Shown here one piece after another: positions 1 to 9,959 of a DNA stretch of 43,598 nucleotides (positions are counted from its first letter, which is position 1; the number at the start of each line of letters is the position of its first letter). A program made the position numbers and the translations under genes. The notes under the pieces are model-generated. The model was not told the origin of the DNA. It did no database searches and saw only the letters and a list, made by a program, of their open reading frames with translations. Source of the stretch: Candidatus Krumholzibacteriia bacterium (GTDB lineage Bacteria > Krumholzibacteriota > Krumholzibacteriia > LZORAL124-64-63); assembly GCA_036351155.1 (NCBI GenBank), contig JAZBOO010000110.1:1-43598 (forward strand), in the 5' to 3' direction.

Positions 1-117
1 ATCAAGATGTCGGTGGAGCTGATCACCCCGATCGCCATGGAAGAGGGTCTGCGTTTCGCCATCCGTGAGGGTGGACGTACCGTGGGCGCGGGTGTTGTGG
101 CCAAGATCATGGAGTAG
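1..117 (+). CDS. tuf: Elongation factor Tu, C-terminal fragment (5' truncated by window)
   Basis: Frame 1 reads [38 protein letters not shown], the canonical EF-Tu C-terminus; lies directly upstream of rpsJ. Confidence 0.97.
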   Translation: MKMSVELITPIAMEEGLRFAIREGGRTVGAGVVAKIME

Positions 118-125
118 TTGAGCTG

Positions 126-152
126 GGGGGCGGAAATTCCGCCCCCTGTTTT
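126..152 (+). terminator. Intrinsic terminator-like hairpin after tuf
   Basis: GGGGGCGGA-AAT-TCCGCCCCC stem-loop followed by TGTTTT. Confidence 0.65.
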
Positions 153-234
153 CGGATAAGAGAAGGTTCAAAAGCGACAGGCGAGCAGGCACTGGAAACA
201 GTGACGCTGGAGTAGCCATCGCCAAGGAGAAAAC

Positions 235-543
<309 letters not shown>

Positions 544-613
544 CCCGCTGCTTGAAGCGGGCACCCGGACCCAAACCGTCGCAAGACGGGCGCAAGGACA
601 AGGGAGCAAGGAA

Positions 614-1234
614 ATGATCGGACTGATCGGCAAGAAACTCGGCATGACCCGGAAGTTCAATGAGGACGGCCGCAGCATCCCCGTGACTGTTATACAGGCG
701 GGACCCTGCGTCGTCACCCAGGTCAAGAACGAGAAGACTGATGGCTACAGCGCCGTGCAAATTGGTTATGGCGCCAAGAAGCCCAAGAATACCCCTATGC
801 CCCAGCAGGGGCATTTCCGCAAGGCCGGCACAGACCCTCTGCGGACCGTCGTCGAATGGCGTCTTGATGATGTCAGCGGTTACACGCTCGGCGACACCGT
901 GGATCTGTCCGTCCTTGCAGAAGCTGAACTGGTCGACGTGACCGGAACCACCAAGGGACGCGGTTTTGCCGGCAACATCAAGCGGCATGGTCATCATCGC
1001 GGTCCCGATGGGCACGGTTCCAAGAACGTGCGGGCCAGCGGCTCCATCGGTATGCACACTTTTCCTGGGCGCGTCGTTCCCGGCAAGGCCATGCCTGGCC
1101 ACTACGGCGCCAAGAAGGAAACCAAGAAGAACCTGGCCGTCATTGCCGTGGATCAGGAGAAGAACATCATCCTGGTCAAGGGTAGCGTCCCGGGACACAA
1201 GAACGGAATCGTTTTCATTCGGGCCAGCCGGTAG
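614..1234 (+). CDS. rplC: 50S ribosomal protein L3
   Basis: Starts MIGLIGKKLGMT; DGYSAVQ and GRGFAGNIKRHG motifs; start moved to ATG 614 after AAGGA. Confidence 0.97.
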   Translation: MIGLIGKKLGMTRKFNEDGRSIPVTVIQAGPCVVTQVKNEKTDGYSAVQIGYGAKKPKNTPMPQQGHFRKAGTDPLRTVVEWRLDDVSGYTLGDTVDLSVLAEAELVDVTGTTKGRGFAGNIKRHGHHRGPDGHGSKNVRASGSIGMHTFPGRVVPGKAMPGHYGAKKETKKNLAVIAVDQEKNIILVKGSVPGHKNGIVFIRASR

Positions 1235-1288
1235 ACCGGATTGGATTGATCGGGTCTGGCCGACCCTGAAAGGAACGAGGTAACGGAA

Positions 1289-1918
1289 ATGGCAACGGCA
1301 AAACTTTTCAGCGAAAACGGGCAAGAGAAGGGCACGGTGGATCTTCCCGCCAGTCTCTTCGACCAGCCCGTGCGCAGGCAAGCCCTGTACGACGCTGTGC
1401 GGAACTACCTGGCCAATCAGCGCCAGGGAACCCATGACACCCAGACGAGGGCCGAGGTCTCTTACTCGACCGCCAAGCTGTACCGCCAGAAGGGCACCGG
1501 GCGTGCCCGGGCCGGTTCGGCCGGTAGCCCCACCCGTGTGGGTGGCGGCGTGGCTTTCGGGCCCCATCCCCGGGACTACTCTTACACGCTGCCCCAGAAG
1601 ATCAAGCGGGCGGCCCTGAAGAGTGCCCTGAGCGACCGGGCCAGCAACGAGCGGGTCACCGTGGTCGAGGACTTCGTCATGGACGCTCCGAAGACCAGCC
1701 GGATGGCAACCCTGTTGAAGGGATTGCCCCTGGAAGGTCGCCACACTCTGGTGGTGCTCGACCGTGAGGACGACGCCATCTACAGGTCCACTCGGAACCT
1801 GCATGGTGTGCGGGTGCTGCGCTCCCACGAGCTCAACGCCTACACCATTCTCTGGGCCGACAACCTGGTGTTCACCCAGAAGGCCCTCAGTGGCGTGGAG
1901 GAGGTGTTCGGATCATGA
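1289..1918 (+). CDS. rplD: 50S ribosomal protein L4
   Basis: [24 protein letters not shown] and GGGVAFGP motifs. Confidence 0.98.
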   Translation: MATAKLFSENGQEKGTVDLPASLFDQPVRRQALYDAVRNYLANQRQGTHDTQTRAEVSYSTAKLYRQKGTGRARAGSAGSPTRVGGGVAFGPHPRDYSYTLPQKIKRAALKSALSDRASNERVTVVEDFVMDAPKTSRMATLLKGLPLEGRHTLVVLDREDDAIYRSTRNLHGVRVLRSHELNAYTILWADNLVFTQKALSGVEEVFGS

Positions 1919-2205
1919 AGGATCTGAGCAAGGTCATCAAGCGGCCCATGATCACCGAGCAGGGTGCCATCATGCGCGAGCTGAACAACCAGTACATTTT
2001 CGAGGTGGATCCCGCGTCCAACAAGCATGAGATCCGTCAGGCCGTGGAGCATTTCTTCGGCGTGAAGGTGACCGATGTGCGGACCATGAACTACCGGGGC
2101 AAGGTCAAGCGGATGGGTCGGTACAGCGGCAAGCGGGCCGACTGGAAAAAAGCCGTCGTGACGCTGGCCCAGAACGACTCCATCGACCTGTTCGATATCG
2201 TCTAA
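1915..2205 (+). CDS. rplW: 50S ribosomal protein L23
   Basis: IKRPMITE and WKKAVVTL motifs; position in S10 operon. Confidence 0.97.
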   Translation: MKDLSKVIKRPMITEQGAIMRELNNQYIFEVDPASNKHEIRQAVEHFFGVKVTDVRTMNYRGKVKRMGRYSGKRADWKKAVVTLAQNDSIDLFDIV

Positions 2206-2221
2206 GTAGGGAGTTGGATAA

Positions 2222-3052
2222 ATGGCTATCAGGAAACTCAAGCCCGTAACGCCGACTCAGCGGTTCAGGACCGTTGCGGACTTCGCGGAAATCACCCGGA
2301 GCGAGCCCGAAAAGAGCCTGCTCGAGCCCTTGACCAAGTCCGGCGGTCGGAACAACCGCGGCCGGATCACCGTGCGGCATCGCGGTGGTGGTCACAAGCG
2401 TCGGTATCGCAAGATCGACTTCAAGCGGACCAAGCACGGCGTGCCCGCCAAGGTCTTCAGTGTGGAGTACGATCCCAACCGGAGCGCCCGCATCTGCCTG
2501 TTGCATTACATCGACGGCGAGAAGCGGTACATCATCTGGCCCAAGGGGTTGCAGGTCGGCGACCAGGTCATGGCCGGTCCCGAGGCGCCCTTCAACGCCG
2601 GCTGTGCGCTGCCGCTGGAGAGGATTCCCCTCGGTACGCTGGTGCACAACATCGAGCTGACCATCGGCAAGGGCGGCCAGATGGCCCGCTCGGCCGGCAG
2701 CTTCGCGCAGGTCATGGCCAAGGAAGGCGATTACGTCACCTTGCGTCTGCCCAGCGGCGAGGTGCGCATGGTCCACAAGAAGTGCTACGCCACCATCGGC
2801 GAAGTCGGCAACTCTGAGCACGAGAACGTGGTCAGCGGCAAGGCCGGACGGAGCCGCTGGCTGGGCCGCCGCCCCAAGGTGCGCGGTGTGGCCATGAACC
2901 CGGTGGATCACCCGCATGGTGGTGGCGAAGGCCGCACCAGTGGTGGCCGCCATCCCGTGAGTCCCACCGGTATTCCGGCCAAGGGCTACAAGACTCGCAA
3001 GAAGCAGCCTTCGGATGCCTTCATCGTGCGTCGTCGCAAGTTGAAGAAGTAG
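2222..3052 (+). CDS. rplB: 50S ribosomal protein L2
   Basis: [18 protein letters not shown] and [17 protein letters not shown] motifs. Confidence 0.99.
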   Translation: MAIRKLKPVTPTQRFRTVADFAEITRSEPEKSLLEPLTKSGGRNNRGRITVRHRGGGHKRRYRKIDFKRTKHGVPAKVFSVEYDPNRSARICLLHYIDGEKRYIIWPKGLQVGDQVMAGPEAPFNAGCALPLERIPLGTLVHNIELTIGKGGQMARSAGSFAQVMAKEGDYVTLRLPSGEVRMVHKKCYATIGEVGNSEHENVVSGKAGRSRWLGRRPKVRGVAMNPVDHPHGGGEGRTSGGRHPVSPTGIPAKGYKTRKKQPSDAFIVRRRKLKK

Positions 3053-3118
3053 TCGAAAGTCATGACCGGTAGGTTGCCGGCGCCTCGGGCGGCCGGCATA
3101 TACGGAGGAAGTTAAGTA

Positions 3119-3382
3119 ATGGCCAGATCAATCAAGAAGGGCCCTTTCATCGAGGAATCCCTCCTGAAAAAGGTCGAGGGTATGAACGACAAGAACGAGA
3201 AGCGGGTGATCAAGACCTGGTCCCGCCGCTCGACGGTTGTTCCGGAGTTCCTGGGCCACACGATCGCCGTTCACAATGGCCGTCAGTTCGTGCCTGTTTA
3301 CATCCAGGAAAACATGGTTGGCCACAAGCTCGGTGAGTTCGCTCCGACGCGGACCTACCGTGGCCACACCAGCAAGAAGTAA
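3119..3382 (+). CDS. rpsS: 30S ribosomal protein S19
   Basis: [17 protein letters not shown] and [11 protein letters not shown] motifs. Confidence 0.99.
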   Translation: MARSIKKGPFIEESLLKKVEGMNDKNEKRVIKTWSRRSTVVPEFLGHTIAVHNGRQFVPVYIQENMVGHKLGEFAPTRTYRGHTSKK

Positions 3383-3397
3383 CCGGAGGTTCGTACG

Positions 3398-3745
3398 ATG
3401 GAGGCACGTTCCGTTGCCAAATTCATCCGGGTCTCGCCCCGCAAGGCCCGTATCGTGGCTGACCTGATCCGGGGCAAGAGCGTCGATGAAGCCCTGGGCA
3501 TTCTGGCCCTGATGCCGAAGAAAGCCTCGCCCATTCTGCGCAAGGCCGTCCTTTCGGCCTCGGCCAACGCTCAGTTCAAGAATGACGGCGAAGTCGCCAT
3601 GACCAACTCCGACATCTTCATCAAGGAGATTCGGATCGACGAAGGCCCCACGCTCAAGCGGATCCGTCCGCGGGCCCAGGGTCGGGCGTTCCGCATCAAC
3701 AAGCGGACCAGCCATATCTCGGTGACTGTCGAGGCCAACGTCTGA
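3398..3745 (+). CDS. rplV: 50S ribosomal protein L22
   Basis: RVSPRKARIVADLIRGK and RPRAQGRA..I.KRTSHI motifs. Confidence 0.98.
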   Translation: MEARSVAKFIRVSPRKARIVADLIRGKSVDEALGILALMPKKASPILRKAVLSASANAQFKNDGEVAMTNSDIFIKEIRIDEGPTLKRIRPRAQGRAFRINKRTSHISVTVEANV

Positions 3746-3819
3746 TTGGCCAGAGTTGATAATTGACTGCCCTGAAGCCCCGGTAGTGACCCGGGACCTG
3801 AGGCAAAGGAAGGAAGACC

Positions 3820-4494
3820 ATGGGTCAGAAGACACATCCTATCGGATTCCGGTTGGGAATCGTGAAGGACTGGAACTCCACCTGGTTCACCGACAAGCAT
3901 TTTGCTGACTGGCTGAACGAGGACCTGCTGCTGCGCAAGTACGTCATGGCCCGTGTGGGCAATGCCGGGGTGGAGTCGGTCAAGATCAAGCGTTTCCGCG
4001 ACAAGGTCACCATCATCGTGGCCACCAGCCGGCCCGGGGTCGTGATCGGCAAGAAGGGCACCAAGGCTGACCAGCTGCGGGCCGAGTTGCAGAAGATGGT
4101 GGGCAAGAACGTCAAGCTGGACGTGGAAGAGGTCAAGAAGCCCGAACTGAGCGCTCCGCTGGTGGCCGACCATATCGCCGCCCAGCTGGTGGGCCGGGTT
4201 TCCTTCCGCCGCGCCATGAAGAAGAGCATTGCCACTGCCATGCGGATGGGTGCCAAAGGCATCAAGGTGCGCTGTGCCGGCCGTCTCGGTGGTGCGGAAA
4301 TGGCGCGTATCGAGTCCTACCACGACGGCAGTGTGCCTCTGCACACGCTGCGCGCGGACATCGACTACGGAGTGGCCACCGCCCGGACCCAGTATGGCGC
4401 CATCGGCGTCAAGGTCTGGATCTGCAAGGGCGAGGTCTTCCCGGCCGAGTTCAAGGAAGAGCTGCGTAAGCAGGTAGTCGAACAGCGCGCCTAG
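3820..4494 (+). CDS. rpsC: 30S ribosomal protein S3
   Basis: [23 protein letters not shown] and [12 protein letters not shown] motifs. Confidence 0.99.
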   Translation: MGQKTHPIGFRLGIVKDWNSTWFTDKHFADWLNEDLLLRKYVMARVGNAGVESVKIKRFRDKVTIIVATSRPGVVIGKKGTKADQLRAELQKMVGKNVKLDVEEVKKPELSAPLVADHIAAQLVGRVSFRRAMKKSIATAMRMGAKGIKVRCAGRLGGAEMARIESYHDGSVPLHTLRADIDYGVATARTQYGAIGVKVWICKGEVFPAEFKEELRKQVVEQRA

Positions 4495-4600
4495 GGTTGG
4501 ACGGCGGTTTTTCCGCCTTCACCGCGGCTGCTTATAAAGGTTTTGAGATAAATGGGTTGAGCCGGTCTGATGCCGGGTCAAACGAAGAGGACGACGAATC

Positions 4601-5014
4601 ATGTTGATGCCGAAGCGCACCAAGCACAGGAAGATGTTCAAGGGCAAGCGGCGTGGTATTGCCCGTCGCGGCTCGACGATCGCCTTCGGTGACTACGGTC
4701 TGCAGGCTCTGGATTGCGGCTGGATCACCAGTCGTCAGATCGAGGCCACCCGTGTCGCCATCACTCGTAAGATGAAGCGTGTGGGTCAAGTCTGGATCCG
4801 TGTGTTCCCGGACAAGCCCATCACCCTGAAGCCCGCCGAAACCCGCATGGGCAAGGGCAAGGGTGCCCCCGAATACTGGGTGGCCGTGGTCAAGCCTGGC
4901 CGCATCTTGTTCGAGATCAACGGAGTTGACCTGGCTGTGGCCAAGGAAGCCCTGGCTCTCGGCGCCGCCAAGCTGCCTTTCAAGACGCGTGTCGTCAGCC
5001 GGCAGGGAGATTAA
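4601..5014 (+). CDS. rplP: 50S ribosomal protein L16
   Basis: [11 protein letters not shown] and [19 protein letters not shown] motifs. Confidence 0.99.
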   Translation: MLMPKRTKHRKMFKGKRRGIARRGSTIAFGDYGLQALDCGWITSRQIEATRVAITRKMKRVGQVWIRVFPDKPITLKPAETRMGKGKGAPEYWVAVVKPGRILFEINGVDLAVAKEALALGAAKLPFKTRVVSRQGD

Positions 5015-5016
5015 CG

Positions 5017-5214
5017 ATGAAGAAAGCTCACGAATTGCGTGACCTGCCCCTCGAAGAGCTGGAAAGCCTCGAGCGGGAGAAGTCCGAAGAGTTGATGAAT
5101 CTGAAGATTCAGCTCAGCATGCATCAGCTGGACAATCCCCTGCGGGTGCGGAACGCGCGGCGAGAAGTGGCGGTCATCCAGACTGTCATCACCGAGAAGA
5201 GGGCCGCCCAGTAG
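5017..5214 (+). CDS. rpmC: 50S ribosomal protein L29
   Basis: ELRDL and QLDNP.RVR..RREVA pattern; synteny. Confidence 0.96.
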   Translation: MKKAHELRDLPLEELESLEREKSEELMNLKIQLSMHQLDNPLRVRNARREVAVIQTVITEKRAAQ

Positions 5215-5266
5215 GGTCGGGTTCAAGTGGTCCGTGGCCGGACGGCCGGGGCCGAGGAGAAGAATG

Positions 5267-5530
5267 ATGGCTAACACCGATAGAAACCTGAGAGCGACGA
5301 GGATCGGCCAGGTGGTCTCCGACAAGATGGAGCAGACCGTCGTGGTCAAGGTAAGCCGCCGGTTCCCGCACCCTCTTTACAAGCGGATCATCACCCGCAC
5401 CGCCAAGCTCGTGGCTCACGATGGTGAGAACGAGTGCAAGATCGGCGATGTTGTGAAGGTCATGTCGACCCGTCCCCTCTCCAAGACCAAGCGCTGGCGG
5501 GTCGCGGAGATTCTTGAACGGGCCAAGTAG
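5267..5530 (+). CDS. rpsQ: 30S ribosomal protein S17
   Basis: [17 protein letters not shown] and RPLSKTKRW motifs; GAGGAG RBS (start 5264 or 5267). Confidence 0.97.
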   Translation: MANTDRNLRATRIGQVVSDKMEQTVVVKVSRRFPHPLYKRIITRTAKLVAHDGENECKIGDVVKVMSTRPLSKTKRWRVAEILERAK

Positions 5531-5550
5531 AGCTCCGGAGGAATGGTGCA

Positions 5551-5922
5551 ATGATTCAGGAATCCACAAGAGTAGTTGTCGCGGACAATTCGGGCGCCAA
5601 GACGGCCGAATGCATCCGCGTCCTCGGGGGCACGCGGCGCCGATACGCCCGGGTCGGCGATGTCATCGTCGCGGCGGTGAAGTCGGCCATCCCCAACGGT
5701 AACGTGAAGAAGGGTCAAGTCGTCAAGTGTGTGATCGTCAGGACCAAGAAGGAGATCGGCCGTCAGGACGGCTCCTACATCCGGTTCAGCGACAACGCCG
5801 CGGTGATCCTTCAGGAAGACAGCCAGGAACCGGTCGGTACCCGTATCTTCGGGCCCGTGGCGCGCGAGCTGCGCGGCAAGAAGTTCATGAAGATCGTCTC
5901 CCTGGCTCCGGAGGTCCTTTAA
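5551..5922 (+). CDS. rplN: 50S ribosomal protein L14
   Basis: [21 protein letters not shown] and [10 protein letters not shown] motifs. Confidence 0.99.
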   Translation: MIQESTRVVVADNSGAKTAECIRVLGGTRRRYARVGDVIVAAVKSAIPNGNVKKGQVVKCVIVRTKKEIGRQDGSYIRFSDNAAVILQEDSQEPVGTRIFGPVARELRGKKFMKIVSLAPEVL

Positions 5923-6236
5923 TGCGGATCAAGAAGAATGACAAGGTCAGGGTCATGTCCGGCAATGACAAGGGCAAGGAGGGGAAGGTCCTGAAGGTCT
6001 TTCCGTCCACCAACCGCATCATTGTCGAGAAGGTCAACCTGATCAAGCGTCACACCAGGGCCAGCAAGGATGTCCCCCAGGGCGGCATCATTGAGAAGGA
6101 AGGCCCAATCAACGCGTCCAACGTCATGTTGGTTTGCCCCAATACCGGCAAGCCCACTCGAATTGGTAAAGATGTTCTGTCCGACGGCAGCCGCGCTCGC
6201 GTAAGCAAGAAGAGCGGCGAGATGCTGAACGACTAG
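5922..6236 (+). CDS. rplX: 50S ribosomal protein L24
   Basis: [23 protein letters not shown] (KOW motif) and GGIIEKEGPINASNV; TAATG overlap with rplN. Confidence 0.97.
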   Translation: MRIKKNDKVRVMSGNDKGKEGKVLKVFPSTNRIIVEKVNLIKRHTRASKDVPQGGIIEKEGPINASNVMLVCPNTGKPTRIGKDVLSDGSRARVSKKSGEMLND

Positions 6237-6260
6237 TGGCCCGCTGGGAGGAATAGAGTC

Positions 6261-6809
6261 ATGGCTGCTGTGAAACCCCGCCTGCGGGAACAGTACGAAA
6301 CGGAAATCTCCTCGGCTCTGCATGAGAAGTTCGGTTACACGAGCGCGATGCAGATCCCGAAACCGGTGAAGATCGTGATCAACATGGGTCTGGGCAAGGC
6401 GCCCACCAACCCGAAGATTCTCGAGACCGCCGTTGAGGAGCTGGGTATCATCACGGGTCAAAAGGCCGTCAAGACCAAGGCCCGCAAGTCCATCTCGAAC
6501 TTCAAGCTTCGAGAAGGCATGGATATCGGAGCCCGGGTCACATTGCGCGATGCGCGCATGTGGGAATTCCTGGACCGGTTCATCAACATCGCGTTGCCCC
6601 GTATCCGGGACTTCCGCGGTGTGTCGACCCGACTGAGCGGCAATGGCGACTACACGCTGGGCCTCAAGGACCAGCTCATCTTCCCGGAGATCGAGTACGA
6701 CAAGGTCGACGAGGCCCGGGGTATGAACGTGACCATCGTCACCACGGCCAAGAACGATGAAGAAGGACGCGAACTGTTGCGTCTGATGGGTATGCCGTTC
6801 CGGCGTTAA
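6261..6809 (+). CDS. rplE: 50S ribosomal protein L5
   Basis: KIVINMG, ITGQK and LPRIRDFRG motifs. Confidence 0.99.
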   Translation: MAAVKPRLREQYETEISSALHEKFGYTSAMQIPKPVKIVINMGLGKAPTNPKILETAVEELGIITGQKAVKTKARKSISNFKLREGMDIGARVTLRDARMWEFLDRFINIALPRIRDFRGVSTRLSGNGDYTLGLKDQLIFPEIEYDKVDEARGMNVTIVTTAKNDEEGRELLRLMGMPFRR

Positions 6810-6823
6810 TAAGGAGTTTAGAA

Positions 6824-7009
6824 GTGGCCAGGAAAGCATTGATTGCCAAGGCCTCGCGCAAGCCCAAGTTCAAGGTGCGGGCTTACAACCGGTGCCGCCG
6901 TTGCGGCAGGCCCCGGGGTTACATCCGGAAGTTCGGCATCTGCCGTATCTGTTTCCGTGAACTCGCCCTGCGCGGCGACATTCCCGGTATCTCCAAGGCG
7001 AGCTGGTAA
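6824..7009 (+). CDS. rpsN: 30S ribosomal protein S14 (type Z, zinc-binding)
   Basis: 61 aa with [10 protein letters not shown] and ICRICFRE. Confidence 0.98.
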   Translation: MARKALIAKASRKPKFKVRAYNRCRRCGRPRGYIRKFGICRICFRELALRGDIPGISKASW

Positions 7010-7029
7010 GAGAAACAGGAGATTGTGCA

Positions 7030-7437
7030 ATGAGCATGACTGATCCCATTGCGGATATGCTGACACGGATCCGGAACGCCCACCAGGCGGGACACAGGAA
7101 GGTGTTGGTCCCCGCTTCGAACACGAAGCGGAACATGGCCGTACTGCTGCAGAAGCAGGGCTATATCGAGAAGGTTGAAGACGTCGATGAGACTGCCCAG
7201 GGCGCTTTGCGTCTGACCCTGAAGTATTACATCAGGGATGGACAGCGCACCGGCGTGATCGAAGGAGTCCGGCGTGTGAGCCGGCCTGGTCGTCGGATCT
7301 TTGCTGCCAAGGACAACATTCCCAAGGTCTGTGGTGGGTATGGCATCAGCATCCTGTCCACCAACCAGGGACTCTTGACGGGGCACCAGTGCCGGATGCG
7401 TGGCATCGGCGGGGAAGTGCTCTGCGAAGTCTGGTAA
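7030..7437 (+). CDS. rpsH: 30S ribosomal protein S8
   Basis: TDPIADMLTRIRNA, SRPGRR and GGEVLCEVW motifs. Confidence 0.99.
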   Translation: MSMTDPIADMLTRIRNAHQAGHRKVLVPASNTKRNMAVLLQKQGYIEKVEDVDETAQGALRLTLKYYIRDGQRTGVIEGVRRVSRPGRRIFAAKDNIPKVCGGYGISILSTNQGLLTGHQCRMRGIGGEVLCEVW

Positions 7438-7490
7438 TCACCGGCTGAATACCTCAGACGGTTGCATGGAAAATTGCGGAGGAACAAGCA

Positions 7491-8030
7491 ATGTCGCGCA
7501 TTGGAAAAAACCCGATTTCCCTGCCCAGCGGGGTGACCGTCAAGATCGACGGGAACACTTCGGTGGTCAAGGGACCCAAGGGTGAGCACACGCAGCACAT
7601 TCCCGAAGGCCTGTCCTTCGAGGAAAAGGACGGCGTGCTGACCATCACCCGGCCCGACGACACCAAGCCCAACAAGGCCAAGCACGGTCTGGTGCGTGCC
7701 CTGATTGCGAACCAGATCACGGGTGTCACCGAGGGCTTCGTCAAAAAGCTGGAAATTCAGGGTGTGGGTTATCGCGCCCAGGTCAACGGGAAGGTGCTTG
7801 ATCTGCAGCTGCAGTTCAGCCACCCGGTGGAATACCCCATTCCCGAGGGCGTCACCATCAACTGTCCCGATGCCACCCACATCGACGTGTCCGGTATCGA
7901 CAAGCAGGTGGTGGGGCAGGTCGCGGCAGAAATTCGCGCCTATCGCAAGCCCGAGCCTTACAAGGGTAAGGGAATCCGTTACGTGGGCGAGCAGATCGTC
8001 CGCAAGGCCGGCAAGGCGGCCGGTAAGTAG
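7491..8030 (+). CDS. rplF: 50S ribosomal protein L6
   Basis: MSRIGKNPI, GVGYRA and PEPYKGKGIRY motifs. Confidence 0.99.
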   Translation: MSRIGKNPISLPSGVTVKIDGNTSVVKGPKGEHTQHIPEGLSFEEKDGVLTITRPDDTKPNKAKHGLVRALIANQITGVTEGFVKKLEIQGVGYRAQVNGKVLDLQLQFSHPVEYPIPEGVTINCPDATHIDVSGIDKQVVGQVAAEIRAYRKPEPYKGKGIRYVGEQIVRKAGKAAGK

Positions 8031-8064
8031 TACCCAAGTCCGCCCAGCCGAGAGGTAATTGATC

Positions 8065-8439
8065 ATGAGCAGTGTGAGCAAGAAACGGCGTCAGTCCCGG
8101 TCCAAGCGGAAGATCAGTATCCGCAAGCGGCTGTTCGGCACCACCGAACGTCCCCGGATCTGCGTGTTCCGCAGTCACAAGAACATCTATGCGCAGGTCG
8201 TCAACGACGATCAAGGCGCCACCCTGCTGGCCAGCCATGCGGGGACCGCCCCGGCGGTCGAGGCTCCCGAGGGTGTTTCCGGCAAGTGTGCACTGGCCTA
8301 CAACGTGGGACGTGCCATCGCCGACCAAGCCAAGGAAAAAGGGATTTCCACCATGGTCTTCGACCGTAGCGGCTATCTCTACCACGGACGTATCGCTGCC
8401 CTGGCCCGCGGGCTCAGGGACGGCGGCATCGAGGTCTAA
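8065..8439 (+). CDS. rplR: 50S ribosomal protein L18
   Basis: RPRICVFRS.KNIYAQ and FDRSGYLYHGRI motifs; ATG 8065 after GAGGT. Confidence 0.97.
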   Translation: MSSVSKKRRQSRSKRKISIRKRLFGTTERPRICVFRSHKNIYAQVVNDDQGATLLASHAGTAPAVEAPEGVSGKCALAYNVGRAIADQAKEKGISTMVFDRSGYLYHGRIAALARGLRDGGIEV

Positions 8440-8499
8440 TAAAAGGACAGATCGAGCTTGGCGGCACGGGCCGGCGAGCAAGACAGGAGCAGGATTCAG

Positions 8500-9285
8500 A
8501 TGGCGGATTTTTCCAACAATCAAAGGCCTGGCGGACCTGGTGGTCCCGGTGGACGCGGTAGGGGACCTGGCGGACCTGGTGGTCCCGGCGGGCGTGGACG
8601 TGGACCTGGCGGTCCCGGTGGCCCCGGTGGCCCTGGTGGTCCCGGCGGACGTCCCGGTGGACCGGGTGGACGGGGCCGTGATGGCCGCGACAACCGTGAT
8701 GCCGGCTCGGACATGCACGAGAACGTGATCAACATCAACCGCGTGGCCAAGGTGGTCAAGGGTGGACGTCGATTCAGTTTCAGTGCCATCGTGACCGTGG
8801 GTGACGGCAAGGGCAAGGTGGGCGTTGCCATGGGCAAGGCCAACGAAATCGCCGACGCCATCCGCAAGGGTAGCGAAGGTGCCCGTGCGGCCCAGTTCTC
8901 GATTCCCATGCTGAACGACACCATCCCGTTCCAGGTGATCGGTCGCTTCGGTGCCAGCAAGGTGCTGCTGAAGCCTGCCTCTCCTGGTACCGGTGTCATC
9001 GCCGCTGGTGGTGTGCGTGCCATTCTCGAGGCGGGCGGGGTCAAGAATATCCTGACCAAGCAGCTGGGCTCGCGGAACCCGAACAACGTGGTCAAGGCCA
9101 CCATTGACGGGCTGAAGCAGCTGCGGACGGTCGAAGAGATCGCCGCCAAGCGCGGTCTGAGCGTGCCCGAGGTGCTGGGCCTGGAGAAGAGGACGGCTCC
9201 CAAGGTCGAGGCTGAAAAGCCCGCCGAGGTGCCGGCCGAATCGCAAGCTCCGGTGGAGCAGGAGGAGACCCAGGACAATGAGTGA
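8500..9285 (+). CDS. rpsE: 30S ribosomal protein S5 with Gly/Pro-rich N-terminal and acidic C-terminal extensions
   Basis: [16 protein letters not shown] and [12 protein letters not shown] motifs; ATG 8500 after AGGAGCAGGA. Confidence 0.97.
   Translation: MADFSNNQRPGGPGGPGGRGRGPGGPGGPGGRGRGPGGPGGPGGPGGPGGRPGGPGGRGRDGRDNRDAGSDMHENVININRVAKVVKGGRRFSFSAIVTVGDGKGKVGVAMGKANEIADAIRKGSEGARAAQFSIPMLNDTIPFQVIGRFGASKVLLKPASPGTGVIAAGGVRAILEAGGVKNILTKQLGSRNPNNVVKATIDGLKQLRTVEEIAAKRGLSVPEVLGLEKRTAPKVEAEKPAEVPAESQAPVEQEETQDNE
8527..8679 (+). repeat. Coding low-complexity 9-nt (PGG)n repeat within rpsE
   Basis: Degenerate CCN-GGN-GGN units encoding [13 protein letters not shown] repeats. Confidence 0.85.
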
Positions 9286-9466
9286 CCGTAAACTCTTGAT
9301 TACCCAGGTGCGCAGCCAGATCGGCCGCCCCGAAAAGCACAGGCGCGTTCTGGAAGCTCTCGGTTTCCGGCGCAACCAGACCTCGGTTACCCATAACGAT
9401 ACTCCCGCGATCCGGGGCATGGTGTTCAAGGTTCGCCATCTCGTGAACGTGGAAGAGGTGAAGTAG
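9278..9466 (+). CDS. rpmD: 50S ribosomal protein L30
   Basis: ITQVRSQIG and [14 protein letters not shown] motifs. Confidence 0.97.
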   Translation: MSDRKLLITQVRSQIGRPEKHRRVLEALGFRRNQTSVTHNDTPAIRGMVFKVRHLVNVEEVK

Positions 9467-9468
9467 TC

Positions 9469-9918
9469 ATGCTCAAGTTGAACAATCTCGGCATGCCCAA
9501 GGGCGCCAATCGGGACAAGAAGCGGCGTGGCCGCGGTCCCGGCAGCGGCACCGGCAAGACCGGTGGTCGCGGACACAAGGGTCAGAAGGCCCGTTCCGGT
9601 GGCGGTATCCCGCCCTGGTTCGAAGGTGGTCAGATGCCCCTGAACCGTCGTTTGCCCAAGCGCGGCTTCACGAACATTTTCAAGAAGTCCTATCAGCTGG
9701 TGAACGTGGACGACCTGGAAGTCCGCTTCGAGTCGGGGGCCACCGTCAACGGTGAAACCCTGCAGGAAGCCGGACTCGTCAAGTACGCCGACCGCCCCGT
9801 CAAGCTTCTGGGCCGCGGTAAGGTTGAGAAGTCGCTCACGATCGAAGTTGCCAAGGCCAGCAAAACGGCCGTCGCCGCGGTTGAAGCCGCTGGCGGAACG
9901 GTGACTGTGACCGGCTGA
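9469..9918 (+). CDS. rplO: 50S ribosomal protein L15
   Basis: GRGPGSGTGKTGGRGHKGQKARSG and FEGGQMPL.RRLPKRGF motifs. Confidence 0.99.
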   Translation: MLKLNNLGMPKGANRDKKRRGRGPGSGTGKTGGRGHKGQKARSGGGIPPWFEGGQMPLNRRLPKRGFTNIFKKSYQLVNVDDLEVRFESGATVNGETLQEAGLVKYADRPVKLLGRGKVEKSLTIEVAKASKTAVAAVEAAGGTVTVTG

Positions 9919-9959
9919 TTCCCTCCGGGGGTCGGCCTTCAGCCAAAGGAAGCACTGCT

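Noticed and set aside
8527..8679. Tandem repeats as a possible CRISPR array or VNTR element
   Set aside because: In-frame coding Gly/Pro repeats with no unique spacers and no cas genes
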